64,000 bases of DNA from Squalus acanthias. Taxonomy: Eukaryota. The notes under the pieces were generated by a model. It searched no databases. It was not told the DNA's origin and was given only the letters and a program-made list of their open reading frames with translations. Positions 22,922 through 37,042 of the stretch are shown here, piece by piece; positions within the stretch are counted from its first letter, which is position 1; each line of letters begins with the position of its first letter. The translations under genes and the position numbers were made by a program. Location: positions 26,724,001-26,788,000 of the forward strand of contig CM059433.1 of the NCBI GenBank assembly GCA_030390025.1. The letters are read 5' to 3'.

Positions 22922-24840
22922 TTCATAGAATCATAGAATAGTACAGCACAGAAGGAGGCCATTCGGCCCATCGAGTCTGTGCCGGCTCTTTCGAAGAGCA
23001 ATCCAGTTAGAGCCACTCCCTGCAACTTTCTCTCCTTCAAGTATTTATCCAATTCCCTTTTGATGGCTACTATTGAATCTGTATCCACCACCGTTTCAGG
23101 CAGTGCATTCCAAATCCTAACCACTCATTGCGTAATTTTTTTTTCCTCATGTTGTCTCTGGTTATTTTGTCAATCACCTTAAATCTGTGCCCTCTGGTTA
23201 TTGACCCTTCAGCCATTGGAAACAGTTTCTCTTTATTTACTCTATCTAAGCCCTTCATGATTTTAAACACCTCTATCAAATCTCCTCTTAGCCTTCTCTG
23301 CTCCAAAGAGAACAACCCCAGCTTCTCCAGTCTCTCCACGTAACTGTAATCCCTCATTCCTGGAACCATTCTAGTAAATCCCTTCTGTACCCTCTCCAAA
23401 GCCTTCATGTCCTTCCTAAAGTGTGGTGCCCAGAATTGGACACAATACTCCAGCTGGGGCCAAACTAGTGTTTTATAAAGGGTTAGCATAACTTCCTGGC
23501 TTTTGTAATCTATGCCTCTATTTATAAAGCCCAGGATCCCATATGCTTTATTAACGGCTTTGTTAACCTGTCAGCCACCTTCAAAGATTTGTGCACAAGC
23601 ACCCCCAGGGCTCTGTCTTCTTGCACCCCTTTTAAAATTGTACCATTTAGCAGATCTCTTCTCATTCTTCCTACCAAAACTGATCTCCTCACACTTTTCT
23701 GCATTGAATTTCATCTGACATGTGTCCGCCCATTCCACCAGCTTGTCTATGTCTTCTTGAAGTCTACTACTATCTTCCTCACTGTTTACTACACTTCCAA
23801 GTTTTGTGTCATCTGCAAATTTTGAAATTGTGCCCTGTACCCCCCAAGTCCAAGTCATTAATGTATATCAAAAACAGCAGTGGTCCTTGCACCGACTCCT
23901 GGGGAACACCACTGTATACCTCCCTCCAGTCTGAAAAACAGCCATTCACCACAACTCTCAGTTTTCTATCCCTTAGCCAATTTTGTATCCATGCTGTTAC
24001 TGCTCCTTTTATCCCATGGGCTTCAATTTTGCTAACAATTTTGGTACTTTATCAAACACCTTTTGAAAGTCCATATACACAACATCAACTGCACTGCCCT
24101 CATCCACCCTCTCTGTTACCTCATCAAAAAACTCAATCAAGTTAGTCAAACACAATTTTCCATTAACAAATAGTTGCTGGCTCTCCTTTATTAGTCCATG
24201 CTTGTCCAAGTGGCTGTTAATTTTCTCCTGGATTATTGTTTCTAAAAGCTTCCCCACCACCGATATTAAACTGACTGGCCTGTAATTTCCATGTTTATCC
24301 TTCTCCCATTTTTTGAACAGGAGTGTAACATTTGCAATCCTCCAGTCCTCTAGCACCACCCCTGTATCTAAGGAGGATTGGAAGATTGTGGCCTGCTCCT
24401 TAGCAATTTCTACCCTTACTTCCCTCTGCAACCTAGGATGCATCCCATCCAGACGGAGTGACTTATCCACTTTCAATAATGCCAGCCTTTCAAGTACCTC
24501 CTCTTTATTTATTTTTATCTCATCGATTATCCCAGCAACCTCCTCAATTACTATAGCTTTGGCAAAGTACTCTTCCTTGGTAAACACCGATGCAAAGTAC
24601 TCATTTAGTAACTCAGCCGTGCCTTCTGCCTCCACCAATAGATCTTCATTTTGGTCCCTAATCACCCCCACCACTCCCCTGACAACCCTTTTGCGGTGAA
24701 ATAGAAGACCTTTGGATTCCCTTTTATGTTAGCCAGCAACTTATTCTTGTGCTGTCTCTTTGCCACTCTTAATTCCTTTTTCACTTCTCCTCTGTACATT
24801 TTATATTCAGCCTGATCCTCCCTTGTATTATCAAGCTGAC
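22922..24840 (-). mobile_element. CR1 LINE 3' ~1.9 kb, frameshifted
   Basis: [33 protein letters not shown] motifs; (catagaat) tail. Confidence 0.92.
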
Positions 24841-25452
24841 ATTTTCATATATCTCCTCATGATGGAGGCAGAAGGAGCAGAAGGAAAAAGAAATGAGAGA
24901 CACACGGGATAAGGCTACACCAAAGAAGAAGACCGACTGGAGGTACCATTCCACTAGAGGCTTCAGACCATGTTTCTTCTTTGATGGGGTCTCAGAAGAG
25001 GTTTTCTTAAGGAGGCAACAGTCCAGTAAGAAAGCATAGAAGAAACGGTGGGTGTCACCGGCAACTGCAGTTAACGGTCACTGGAAATGGCCGCAACGCT
25101 ACACAAGTGAAGTTGGTCTGGGGGGTGTGGAGATAGGTGGTGCAGTGCTGGAGGGATCCGGGATGAAGTTTCTGTCCAGGTGCGGTGTTGCAGCTTCCCA
25201 CAGCCTCTGTGAGCGAAGCTGTGAAGCTCGCAAGGAATTGTGGGTAACGAAGAGGTCTGAGAATTAAAGGGGCCATGCACACTGAAGCAATACAAAATAA
25301 AATGCAGTGAATCAATTCAGTTTTCAGCCCTTTCTGCCTTTTAAGAAATATTCAATATTTAAAAGAAGTTCCAAATGTGAATATTCAGCTGTTGAAGCTG
25401 AATTACCTTCCTAACCTCAACAAATGGGAAAACTGCCTCAGCACTAACACAA

Positions 25453-25610
25453 ATGGCTCAGCAAGCCAGGGAAGGGGCACTCTACCCACAGGAACCAGGA
25501 GGCCCTTCAGAAAGTATGATGTGGGAGTACATCACTAAGGCCGTCACTGCCAGCAGTGTCTCCCCCACCACCTGGCTCCAGTGCCCAAAGAAGCTTTGTG
25601 ACCTCTTCTG
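25453..25610 (+). pseudogene. Harbinger Myb/SANT remnant
   Basis: WEYITKAVTASSVSPTTWLQCPKKLCDL. Confidence 0.65.
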
Positions 25611-25661
25611 CATCTTTCTCTTCTGCGTCTTCCTCTTCTGTGTCTTGCTCTTCCCTCTGCA

Positions 25662-25808
25662 AGCGGATGCTGTAAATGTGAAATGACAGCATAAAATGCT
25701 GGAAATACTCAGTTGGTCAGGCAGCAAGTCGACCTGAGACGTGAACTTTTTTTTTCTCTCCACGGATGTTGCGTGACCTGCTGAGTATTCGCAGCATGTT
25801 CTGTCTTC
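25662..25808. mobile_element. Old fold-back fragment of PLE family 2
   Basis: Left half matches 18155-18218 directly; right half matches its reverse complement, including the 3' half of the hammerhead. Confidence 0.6.
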
Positions 25809-25978
25809 TCAAAGGCCTTCATTTACCATCCGAACCCCTGCAACATCCAGCAGCACTCCCTATACACTTTTTAAAAAATTCACATCTATTGCAGCAAGCC
25901 ACCACTTCAATAAAATCAAAACAACCCAGTCCAAACCCTTAAATTCAAACTTACCTGAATGATGCGTGTGTCCCTTTA

Positions 25979-26412
25979 ACATAGAAACATAGAAACTAGG
26001 AGCAGGAGTAGGCCATTCGGCCCGTCGAGCCTGTTCCACCATTCAATACGATCATGGCTGATCATCCAAATCCAGTACCCTGTCCCTGCTTTCTCACACA
26101 GAATCCCCATCGAGCCTGCACCGACACATATCCCACCCTATCCCCGTATTTAATTCCCCCTAACCTATCCCATCCTATCCCTGTAACCCCACATATTTAA
26201 TCCCCCCCTAACACTAAGGGTCAATTTATCATAGCCAAATCAACCTAACCCGCACATTTTTGGACTGTGGGAGGAAACCGGAGCACCCGGAGGAAACCCA
26301 CGCAGACACGGGGAGAATGTGCAAACTCCACACAGACAGTCACCCGAGGCCAGATTCGAACCCGGGTCTCTGGCGCTGTGAGGCACCAGTGCTAACCACT
26401 ATGCCACCGTGT
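25979..26412 (-). mobile_element. HE1-like V-SINE (tRNA head, V domain, CR1-derived tail)
   Basis: Head ..gtggcatagtggttagcactggtgcctcacagcgccagagacccgggttcgaatc; V core gtttcctccgggtgctccggtttcctccca; (tttctatg) tail. Confidence 0.85.
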
Positions 26413-27727
26413 TGCAGATATCGCCACTGTCAGCCTGCTTGCATGGTAGGTTAACCTGGCACTGAATTCAGCGCGAGGATCGAAGTTCGCATTGGTGACG
26501 TTAAGTCGGTGTTGCACGCCTATTGACATCACCACGCCACCTTTTTTTTTGCAGGGCGCTGCCAGTTACCGGCAGCACAAAGGGGGAGAGGAATATTGTG
26601 GCCGCCACGGGACCCGCCATCAGCTGCCGAAAGAGTGGCGGCCGCCATCTTATCGCCATTTCATGGCGCTACAGAGTGCCGGTAAGTACCTAAATTTCTA
26701 GCCCTCTGTCTCCGATATCATACTGACCTCTAAACATCCATTCAATAACAAAAAGGAAAGGCTAGACATAGTTCAGAACACTAGACTTAATATCACAAAA
26801 TGGCTTTACTGTCACATATATATTTTCAGCAAGTGCTTCTTATTATCACCCTGTCTAATCCTGGTACCTGTCTGTCCTGTTCTTAAACCTATCCTGGTGC
26901 TGCGCTGAAGCGAGGGCCAGGATGCCAATGGTGCTCAGCTGTGCTGTGGTATCATGAGCCTCTTGGGACTGCACTGGCCTCATCTTAGAGCTGCTGACTC
27001 CTAGGAGGACTCTTCATTAGAATGCATTGCCATTGCAGGTGCATGGGCAGCCTGGTCCGATATCCTGACAACATGAGCAGGTATCTGAGGGGAATGGCTA
27101 GAAATGTTACAAGCTATCATCATCAAAGAGGGCGGCTTCATGAAGGTGGACTTCATGTCCATGTGTGTTGAGTCCTGGATCTGAGTGCCTACTATTCAGT
27201 GGAAGGCAGACATGGTGGTATCAGTCAGCTCCTGCAGACCCTGAGAGAGGTCACCCCGAAGCTCTCAGCAGCTGATCTCCATTGTTCTCTCCGAATTGTC
27301 CCCAAGGTCTGAAGGCCAATGGAAAAAGCATCCCCTGCTGTCTGTACCGACTGGTTTGGAGTCCGCTCTGTTGGGGGGACATATGCAGATGTTCATGGTG
27401 CCACCACCCACTCCAGGTAGTGCTGCATTGTGTCGAATTCTTCTCAGATATTTGCACTGAGGATGACATTGGACTTTGCCATGACTGCTGTAATCTGTCT
27501 GTGGTCCTCCAGATGGTTCCCAGTGCCTCCATGTGAGTATGATGGTCATCAACCATCCCTCTTTTTAGAGTAGCATACCCCAGAGAACTGAGTCTCTGGG
27601 CTCAGGAGCCAGGGGCTTATTTTTTCAGACCCTCTGCTTCCTGTGTAGGTTCCACTTTCTGCTTTGGCACAATAACCATAATGAATGAAGGAGTACCACC
27701 TTATAAATGAGACAGGAAGGAAGGGTC

Positions 27728-30700
27728 ATAAGAACATAAAAACATAAATAGGAGCAGGAGTAGGCCATTTGGCCCTTTGAGCCTGCTCCGCCTTTCAATA
27801 AAATCATGGCTGATCTTCTACCTCATTTCACTTTCCTGCACTATCCCCATATCCCTTCATTCCCTTAATATTCACAAATCTATCGATCTCTGTCTTGAAT
27901 ATACTCAACGACTGAGCCTCCACAGCCCTCTGGAGAAGAGAATTCTAAAGACTCACCACCCTCTGAGTGAAGAAATTTCTCCTCATCTCAGTCCTAAATG
28001 GCCGACCCCTTATTCTGAGACTGTGACCCCTGGTTCTAGACTCCCCAGCCAGGGGAAACATCCTCCCTGCATCTACTCTGTCAAGCCCTGTAAGAATCTT
28101 GTATGTTTCAATGAGATCACCTCTCATTCTTCTAAACTCTAGAGAATATAGGCCTACTCTACTCAATCTCTCCTCATTGGACAATCCCCCCATCCCAGGA
28201 ACCAGTCTGGTGAACCTTCATTGCACTCCCTCTATGGCAAGTATATCCTTCCTTAGGTAAGGAGACCAAAACTGTACACAATACTCCAGGTGTGGTCTCA
28301 CCAGGGCCCGATATAATTGCAGTAAGACATCTTTACTCTTATACTCAAATCCTCTTGTAATAAAGGCCAACATACCATTTGCTTTCCTAATTGCTTGCTG
28401 TGCCTACATGTTAACTTTCAGTGATTTGTGTGCAAGGACACCCAGGTCCCTCTGAACACCAACATTTCCCAATCTCTCACCATTTAAAAAACTCTGCTTT
28501 TCTATTTTTCCTACCATTTGCCATGTTCTTGCCCACTCACTTAGCCTGTTTATATCCCCTTGAAGCCTCCTTGCATCCTCCTCACAACTTACATTCGCAC
28601 CCAGCTTTGCATCATCAGCAAACTGGGATATATTACATTTGGTCCCCTCATCTAAATCATTGATGTAGATTGTGAATAGCTGAGGCCCAAGCACTGATCC
28701 TTGCGGTACCCCACTAGTTACAGCCGGCCAACCTGAAAATGATCCATTTATTCCTACTCTCTGTTTTCTGTCCATTAACCAATTCTGAATCCATGCACAT
28801 ATATTACCCCCAATTCCATGAGCCCTAATTTTGTTTAATAACCTCTTGTGTGGCACCTTATCGAATGCCTTCTGAAAATCCAAATACACCACATCCCCTG
28901 TTCCCCCTTATCTATTCTGCTAGTTACAACCTCAAAAAACTCTAACAGATTTGTCAACACGATTTCCCTTTCATAAATCCGTGTTGACTCTGCCCAATCC
29001 TATTATTATTTTCTCAGTGCCCTGTTACCACGTCCTTAATAATAGATTCTAGCATTTTCCCTACTACTGATGTCAGGCTAACTGGTCTATAGTTCCCCAT
29101 TTTCTCTCTCCCTCCTTTCTTAAATAGTGGGGTTACATTTGCTACGTTCCAATCCGCGGGAACCATTATAAAATCTATGGAATTTTGGAAAATGACAACC
29201 AATGCATCCATTATCTCTTTAGCCACCTCTTTCAAAACCCTAGGATGCAGGCCATCAGGTCCAGGGAATTTATTGGCTTTCAGTCCCATTAATTTCTCCA
29301 GTACTATTTTTTTACTAATACTAATTTCTTTCAGTTCCTCATTCTCGCTAAACCCTTGGTTCTCCACTATTTCTGGGAAGTTTTTTGCATCTTCTTCTGT
29401 GAAGACAGATACAAAGGCCGCGAATTTAATTGAGGAGGCGGGATGGGGGCGGGACAGCTGGTCTCCGGGTTCCGTCCCGCCCCCAGCTGCCTCCGCTCTG
29501 CAGACATGGTTTTACCTTGTTTGGTCTTGTTAAGCCCGCCCTGCGGGCTTACCAGCCAATTAACAGGAAGTGGGTCTGATGACATCATTTGATGATGCGT
29601 CATCAGCCAGTTTCCTTAAAGGGACCACGACCACATGGAGTTTGACAGTTGTTCTGTCAGTGTTTGACAGCATTGAGATGCTGCAAACACTGACAATCAC
29701 TGCACAAACATGAACGCTTGCACCCAGGCTCTCCAATGACTCCCTCCATATGCTTATAGAGGGTGTCACAGCACGCAGGGACGTTCTCTTCCCTTCCAAG
29801 GGCAGAAGAGACCTCCCCAGGACACCAACTTACCTTGCATCTCCACCCAACCCTCTCTATCTACTTTATCACTTCCCCATCTCACTAGCCACCTCTCACA
29901 CTCACCCTCATCCTACTGCAAGCATACCAACTAACAACACACAAGGGTAGGCACTTGAGAGGTTTAGCCAATGTCCATGTGAAGTTTCTGGTAATGTGCT
30001 GTCATACAGTGAAATCTCTTTTTCAAAAAGTGCCCCTTATTGGACAGATCTGAGCGCACATTGAGAAGTGTCTTACTGAGTTCCAGTGATTGTTCAGTCA
30101 TAACTCCCACCTCCCCCCCACCTCCCCGCCGCTATAGTGATGAGTGTGCATGGAATGGCTTGGACATTAAAGGGATGCTTCACGGTGCTGGTGTGGGATG
30201 GTGTCAACCTGGCGCATCATGTGGCAGCCAGGGTTTACAGCGTCAAGTGAAGAAAATCTGGCCATGGTGATGCCATCGCTGGCCTCCCGGGCAGCAATGT
30301 TGTCAGGGGCTGATGCCCTGTGTCCAGTGCAGCATCAGGTGATGGCGGAGAAGGTTGTTGATGAGGTTGGTGATGTTGGTGTTGGGGTTGATCGTGGAAG
30401 GATTCGGAGGACCAAGGTCTGATTGTTTCATTGGCTCCGATGTTGCTGGAATAGATGGCAGCTGCAGGTGAGATGACAGAAGTGATCTGTCACTGGTGAG
30501 AGAGGTTCTCCCAATGAGGTGGCACTGGACATACAGGTGGATCTAAAAACTTCTAAGCTAAAGAGATTTCTATATGTATTAAAAATGCAGTAACCAACAT
30601 TTTCTGTGCTCTGAAACTCACCATCTGCAACATGGCATCCTTGCACTACTTCTGCAGCTGTCACAAACATCAGAGCAGACTCAAAATATGCCAGGTTGAG

Positions 30701-31205
30701 CTGACGTGTTGCCTGAACAGCGGGTAACCAGTGGGGGAGAAGGTAAAATTAGAAGCCTCAAAATACTGTTAAATTGGCACTTAACAAGCCATTTAAGTAG
30801 CAGAATTGTCTTCCCCGCCGCTTGGTGTCGGGTCAGTACTGTGCTGACAGACCCGACACTGGGAGACTCGTGTGGAGACGGGTTGACAGCGGGTTTCCGA
30901 CCCACTGTCAATCTTTGCAATTTTGACCCGCCTCCAAACTTGCCACCTCAGCGCCATTAAATTCATGGCCAAAGTATTTGTTTAATTTCTCTGCCATTTC
31001 CTTATTCCCCATTATAATTTCTCCTGTCTAAGCCTGTAAGGGACCCACATTTACTTTCGCTAATCTTTTCCTTTTTACATACCTATAGAAGCTTTTACGG
31101 TCTGTTTTTATGTCTCTCGCTAGTTTACTCTCATATTCTATTTTCCCTTTCTTTATCAATTTCTTGGTCCTCCTTTGCTGAATTCTAAAATCCTCCCAAT
31201 CCTCA
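27728..31205 (-). mobile_element. CR1 LINE split by a Harbinger derivative (27728-29415 and 30971-31205)
   Basis: RT motifs in ORFs 28404..28892 and 29014..29367; colinear across the insertion. Confidence 0.9.
29416..30970. mobile_element. Non-autonomous Harbinger derivative, copy 2
   Basis: TIR ggccgcgaatttaat / attaaattcatggcc; TSD aaa; homologous to 11889-13858. Confidence 0.88.
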
Positions 31206-31219
31206 GGAGAGCAGGCAGC

Positions 31220-31430
31220 TTACCTTGGCTGCTCTGTGAGGTCATTAAACTTCCTCCTGCACTACAAAGGAGTCTTAGGGTTCAAGGAGGTGGCACCCAC
31301 TGCGTACCATATTCTTAATAGGCTTCTGGCCACCTGACCCTGAATCAAAGTATCCCTCCTGCTCTGTACTCCATTACGAGGTTATGCAGGTGTGGCTCCA
31401 TGAAGATTGTTGCCCAGGTTGCCTGCTTTC
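31220..31430 (-). pseudogene. Harbinger Myb/SANT remnant
   Basis: Minus strand QCRRKFNDLT followed by a gtaag donor-like site. Confidence 0.5.
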
Positions 31431-31719
31431 TCCAGTGTTGCCACTGACCCTTTCAGCACAGCTGGCTTTAGGTCCTGTTGCTGCACCAAGTCTCTGCCTC
31501 TCCTTCAGGAGTTTTCTGGCCTCCACAGCTGTATCCTTTCACTCCCTCACCTCCCTGCTCGCATCACCATCAGAATCTCGGGCCCAAAGTGTTTACAATG
31601 TTTCTGTTTAGTTTAGCTGCACAGTGTTGGGTCATTATAATAATAAAGCTGCTCCTGTCATTTGAGTAGTTTTATTATTGTATGTTTCATGGGTGAGCTA
31701 AAACTTTAAAAGTGGCCAT

Positions 31720-32015
31720 AAAGTTCCCCTGGTGGCTCAGTAGGTAACTCTCATAAAAACCAGCAAAATACCAGGTTCAAAAGCTAATCTGTACTAGGTT
31801 AGTTAATCTCAGCTGGGTCAGCAATACGAGCAACAGGGTCTTGTCAGTGACCTGGATTAGGGAGCAGGGGAATCAGCCACTCCTGACTGATAGTGTCCCA
31901 GAAGTGCACATGTATAGATGTTGAGTGCGGACAGTAACAGGCTTGCCTATGAATGCCCCTTGCAATCAAATAGCCTGCTGGCACTCAGTAGTAAGGCTTA
32001 CATATGAATAATGGA
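31720..32015 (+). mobile_element. Old tRNA-derived SINE (family uncertain); related remnant at ~60615-60820 (-)
   Basis: A-box-like ggtggctcagtagg, B-box-like ggttcaaaagc; shared segments with the 60.7-kb copy. Confidence 0.45.
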
Positions 32016-32271
32016 TAATGGAACAACCCCCCACCGCCCCCCACCCCCAGCAAGGAGGTAACACCTTTAGCAGAGCAGGAGGGGAAAAAATTGCAACAAT
32101 TTAAAGTAAATCTGGCCAGTCCAGGCAAAGTGTCATTTCCCAGGATCTGTCAGGAGAGGTAGCGCCATCTGAGAAGAAATGAGATAGCCAAGAAAATAGC
32201 TTTGGTAATAGAAAAAAATCAACTTAATTAGTTCAAAAGTTAATGATAGATGATGCACCAAAGCTTTCAAG

Positions 32272-33037
32272 AATGCATAGGAACAGGAGTAGGCCATTCA
32301 GCCCCTCAAGCCTGTTCCGCCATTCAATGAGATCATGGCTAATCTATGACTTAATAGCTTTTGTTAACAAAAATATATCAATCTCAGATTTAAAATTAAC
32401 AATTGATCTAGCAGCAACTGCCGTTTGCGGAAGAAAGTTCTAAATTTCTAACACTCTTTGTGTGTAGAAGTGTTTCCTAACTTCACTCCTGAAAGGTCTG
32501 GCTCTAATTTTTAGGCTTTGTCCCCTAGTCCTAGAATCCACAACCAGCGGAAATAGTTTTTCTCTATCTACCCCATCAGTTCCCCTTAATATCTTGAAAA
32601 CTTTGATTAAATCACGCCTTAACCATCTAAATTCCAGGGAATAAAACCTTAGTTTGTGTAATCTCTCCTCGTGATTTAACCCTTGGAGTTCAGATATAAT
32701 TCTGGTAAACCTACGCTGCACTCCCTCCAAGGCCAATAGCTATCCTCCCTTAGGTGTGGTGCCCAGAACTGCTCGCAGTACTCCAGGTGTGGTCTAACCA
32801 GGGCTTTGTATAGCTGCAGCATAACTTCTGCCCCCTTGTATTCTAGTCCTCCAGATAAAAAGGCCAGCATTCCATTAGCCTTTTTGATTATTTTCTGTAC
32901 CTGTCCATGACATATTAATGATCTATGTACATGGACCCCTAAATCTCTTTGGACCTCCACTGTTTCTAGCTTTTCACCATTTAGAAAGTACTCTGATCTA
33001 TCCTTTTTAGGTCCAAAGTGGATGACCTCGCACTTGC
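32272..33037 (-). mobile_element. CR1 3' fragment
   Basis: KCEVIHFG..LYKALVRPHLEYC..RKHFYTQRV. Confidence 0.9.
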
Positions 33038-33182
33038 TATGTAGATTTCCAAAGGTGCATAACAGAGGCAGTAATATCACTAGCTCGGGCCAAAGATCAG
33101 AAGGGGCATCTGCTTCATGCGCTGGGTTCAAGAAGAAAGCAGTTGGAAATTCTTTTCAATAAAACAGCAATTAGCAGCTACT

Positions 33183-33880
33183 GGGGGCTAAATTTGCTAG
33201 CCCCCGAAATTGGGCATGGGTCTCACAATGCGCGATTAGCCTGCACCGGTTGAGTCCGATGCAGGCAGCACGTAAACGTTGTGCTGCCTGCTAAATGACA
33301 GCAGTGTGCACCCCAACGCTAAATGCACTGTTGAGTGACTGCATACCTCAGCAGGGGCCCATGTTTGTGTGAGGCCAGCACCTCTTAAAGCTACCCTGCA
33401 CTACTTAAAGCCAGCCTGCACCTCTTAAAGGGAAGGTGCATTCTGGCTGGAGCAGGTGCTGGAAGTGGCTGGGAAAGACATTCTGAGCAGGAAGAAGACG
33501 TACTAATGCCAGAAAAGGGGAGAGAGCAGGCTCCAAGATTTTCTAACGCAGCACTGGAGGCCTTGTTGCAGGAGGTGGACAGGTCCTTTATCCACAGGCA
33601 GCCAGGAGGCTCTCCAGACAAACTGTGAGAAGGCAATGGGAGCAGATAGCCATCACGGTCAAAGCGAGCAGTGTAGCCCCGAGGACCTGAATGCAGTGCC
33701 GCAAGAAGTTTAATGACCTCACACGAGTGGTCAAGGTCACTGAATTCATCTTCAAATGCCAGATCCTTACAACTGAACCACTAACATCAAACACTGCACA
33801 ATTCACCACCCCTACCCCTTTCACTAACCTACCAACAATTTCAATCACTCACAACTCATACATCACATTCATAGCTTCAC
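33183..33880 (+). mobile_element. Harbinger end with decayed Myb/SANT exon
   Basis: TIR-like gggggctaaattt; MPEKGREQAPRFSNAALEALLQEV...WEQIA..MQCRKKFNDLTRVVK. Confidence 0.75.
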
Positions 33881-33884
33881 CTCG

Positions 33885-34050
33885 GTTTAAAATCTCATCC
33901 GAAAGACGGCACCTCTGACAGTGCAGCACTCCCTCAGCACTGCACTGGAGTGTCAGCCTAGATTTTTGTGCCAAAGTCTCTGAAGTGGGACTTGAAACCC
34001 ACAACCTTCTGATTCAGACATGAGAGTACTACCAACTGAGCCACGGCTGA
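33885..34050 (-). mobile_element. SacSINE1/DeuSINE-like SINE 5' part
   Basis: Reverse complement of 62772-62937. Confidence 0.8.
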
Positions 34051-36307
34051 AATTGCACTATGTGAGGAGGGTAAAAATATCCTTGTTGGCCATATTCTTT
34101 TCAATAGACAGACAACTGACCCAGCAGTTGCTTAGCCACTGTGAGTAAACATTTATTATATTAACGTTTATTTGTTTTCTGCAACATAAACAGATTTGGT
34201 ATACATGCTTTAAAACTATATAGTCAAAAGTTTCAAAATTGACAGATTTAGGACTGAATGCATACAAATAACCAACACATCAATATAAATTATGATTACT
34301 TTATGCTAGTTCATTATCCTAGTACAGGTTAAAATAACTAGTCTGGTACTATAGTCTTAGAAACAATTAAATATGGATTTTTATTTTCTTGATTTATCAC
34401 CAAGCTTTAAACAGGTCTCTAGCTTTATCTAATCGGAAGGCTGAGGTTTATTAGAGAGCAAATAAACTTCCCTGATGAAAATTTCCTAAAGCAACCTCTA
34501 CCTTTATTTTAACCACAAACACATGTACGTTATGTGCTGAAATCTCATAAAGGGATCATTTGCCTTTACACTGACACAAGAACCAGTCCACACCTCTAGA
34601 CGTGACTACATCACTAGCTGTCTCAACATTACACTTTGGTACCCTTAGGCTTCCATAACTGATGACCAGCCAGAATCGCTAAACTCTTCGGAAACATTTC
34701 ATGGCCTGTTTAAATTAATTATCCAATTCTTTGTACTTCTGATCTATTAAATTTTATGTTGTAACTTAATCATTGTGTCACCGTTAAAAATTGAAGCCAT
34801 GTTTCAGTGTTAAGGTACAACAATCCCAAAATGAAATAGCTAATGAAGTACATGCAAAAGCACAATATAATTTATTTCGGAGATTTCACTACATGTATTG
34901 GCACGAGATTGAAAGATATTGCTCGTTCTTAATCTATCCATTTTATCTTCATTCTTTTGTGATCTACAGGTCAATGGGATTGTCTGCTTGACCATAATAA
35001 CACATGATACAGTTTAACGGGAGAATTCACTATCATCAATCAACCTTCACCCCACCCCCCCACCCCCCAACCAAAAATAAACAAAAACATTGGTTTCTTT
35101 CCAAAAGAAGGGTCAAAGGTCACATGAGTTTTCTACTGAAGTTACTACAGTTCTAGTAATGATTGTTAATTAGAAGCAGAAACCTAAAATATGAAATGTG
35201 TTGTGTGACAGATAAGCTACAGACGATTGTAGATGCCCGCACTACAGGGCACTAACAGGTCATAGGTCAAAAGAATCAGTTATTATGTTACTGTGAAAAG
35301 ACACAGGTTGCCACTGACTGCTAGGAATAAAATCTAATCATCTAACTAAAAATCTTTGTTTTCAAATACATCAGAACTTCAACTTACTTTAGAAAAAAAA
35401 ACATGAAAAAGATAAGTGCATAAGAATAGTGAATAATCCTTAATATTAATTGCTGTAAAGACATGTCAAACACAGAAACCTTTAAAAATTACAATACTTA
35501 ACAATGGATAATTTTTCAAATGCAACGAACACAATTTCATCACTTGGAATTAATTATGAATCAAAAGGAGTACAAATAATTTCTCTTTTAAATTTGCCTG
35601 TGCTCCATTACTTAATATCCCTTTTCAGTAGTTATTAAGACATCCTGTCAAGCCACTATAATGAAACTCACAGTCTTGCTTTTGTTGTCGAGACCCCTCT
35701 TAGGTCGCCGTTTTAACATGACAGAGAAAACCACACTTTTTCAGTTCCTCTAACCATGAACAAGTGAAAAGTTTTAATGATATTGAATACCCCAGTTCAA
35801 CTGTATCATGTGCGTGTTGCTATGATCACAACAGTACATTGTTAGAATCATTGAGAGTAAAGAGCAGTTTTGACAAACAAGGTCGGTACAAATTAAACTA
35901 AGTTAAAATATCAAAGACAGCACTCTAAGGTTAGGCCATGCAACTCAGAATTATCTTATTAACAAGGAATTGGAAATAATATTGAGAAAGTGGGTGTGAA
36001 TGCAGTTTTGTATTAAATAGCAGTTTCCTACAGATATGAGGCTCGAGTTTGCACTTGTTAGCTGACAGTGACTCTTGGCAGTAATTCCACGAAGATTCTG
36101 CATATTTACCACCAAAATGATAAGTACAAGTTCTGCTTTGATCCAACAATAGATCTATCAGCTGCAAATGTAATCTTCCTATCACATTCAAGTTGAAATG
36201 GTGAAAAAGAGTCATCACAATGATCCAGAAGTCAGCATCCCTTGGACCCTGATAAATCCTGTTTAACAAATATGTCCATTAGCAGTGGGAAATGGTGTAT
36301 AAAAGGT

Positions 36308-36715
36308 AAGAACTTGCAATTATATAGCGCCTTTCATGACCTCAGGATGTCCCAACGCTCTTTACAACCAATGAAGTACTTTTGAAGTGTATTCACTGTT
36401 GTAATGTAGGAAACGCGGCAGCCAAAACTGTACACAGCAAGCTCCCACAAACAGCAATGCGATAATAACCAGATAATCTGTTTTAATGATGTCGGTTGAG
36501 GGTTAAATGTTGGCTAGGACACCGGGGAGAACTCGTGCCATGGGATCTTTTACATTCACCTGAATGTGCAGAAGGTTTAACATCTCATCCGACAGTGCAG
36601 CACTCCGTCACTTGATTTTCGGTCTGGATTTTGTGCTCGAATCTCTGGAGTGCGACTTGAACCTACAACCTTCTGATTCATAGGCAAGAGTGCTACCACC
36701 GAGCCTCAGCTGGCA
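36308..36715 (-). mobile_element. SacSINE1/DeuSINE-like SINE
   Basis: Reverse complement of 62768-63237 with deletions. Confidence 0.8.
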
Positions 36716-37042
36716 ATAGTGTCAAAACACTTGTAAGAACACTTAGGAAATATATGCTCCAATTTTCTGTGGATATTGTTTCGAAAGAAGTAACAGCTGC
36801 ATTAAAGTGACCAAAAATAAGAGATCAGGATGATTGCAGGAAATGTCTCCGACTTTTTGGATTTTGGATTTTGGATTTTGGATCGCCACTCGACTCCCAT
36901 CGGGCGCAAGTAACCTGCTGGATGCCAAACCAGTACTGAGTCAATTTTAACCCTCCTTGACCAAAGAGAATAGTGCTTGGGAGGGGTTAATATCAGGCCA
37001 AATCCACTTATTGGCCGCACCATTCCCGCCGGGTGACATCTT

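Noticed and set aside
24860..25260. Further very decayed Harbinger traces (also ~26880-27660, ~58150-58270 with LQGCISGTHV, ~63250-63500)
   Set aside because: Probably real remnants but too degenerate to set boundaries by eye
26350..26412. tRNA gene (also 62770-62840)
   Set aside because: tRNA-like heads are attached to SINE bodies and tails
36110..36258. Minus-strand exon candidate; one frame has an in-frame TGA after Cys (selenoprotein-like)
   Set aside because: Weak acceptor, no recognisable protein family, no partner exons or SECIS element seen
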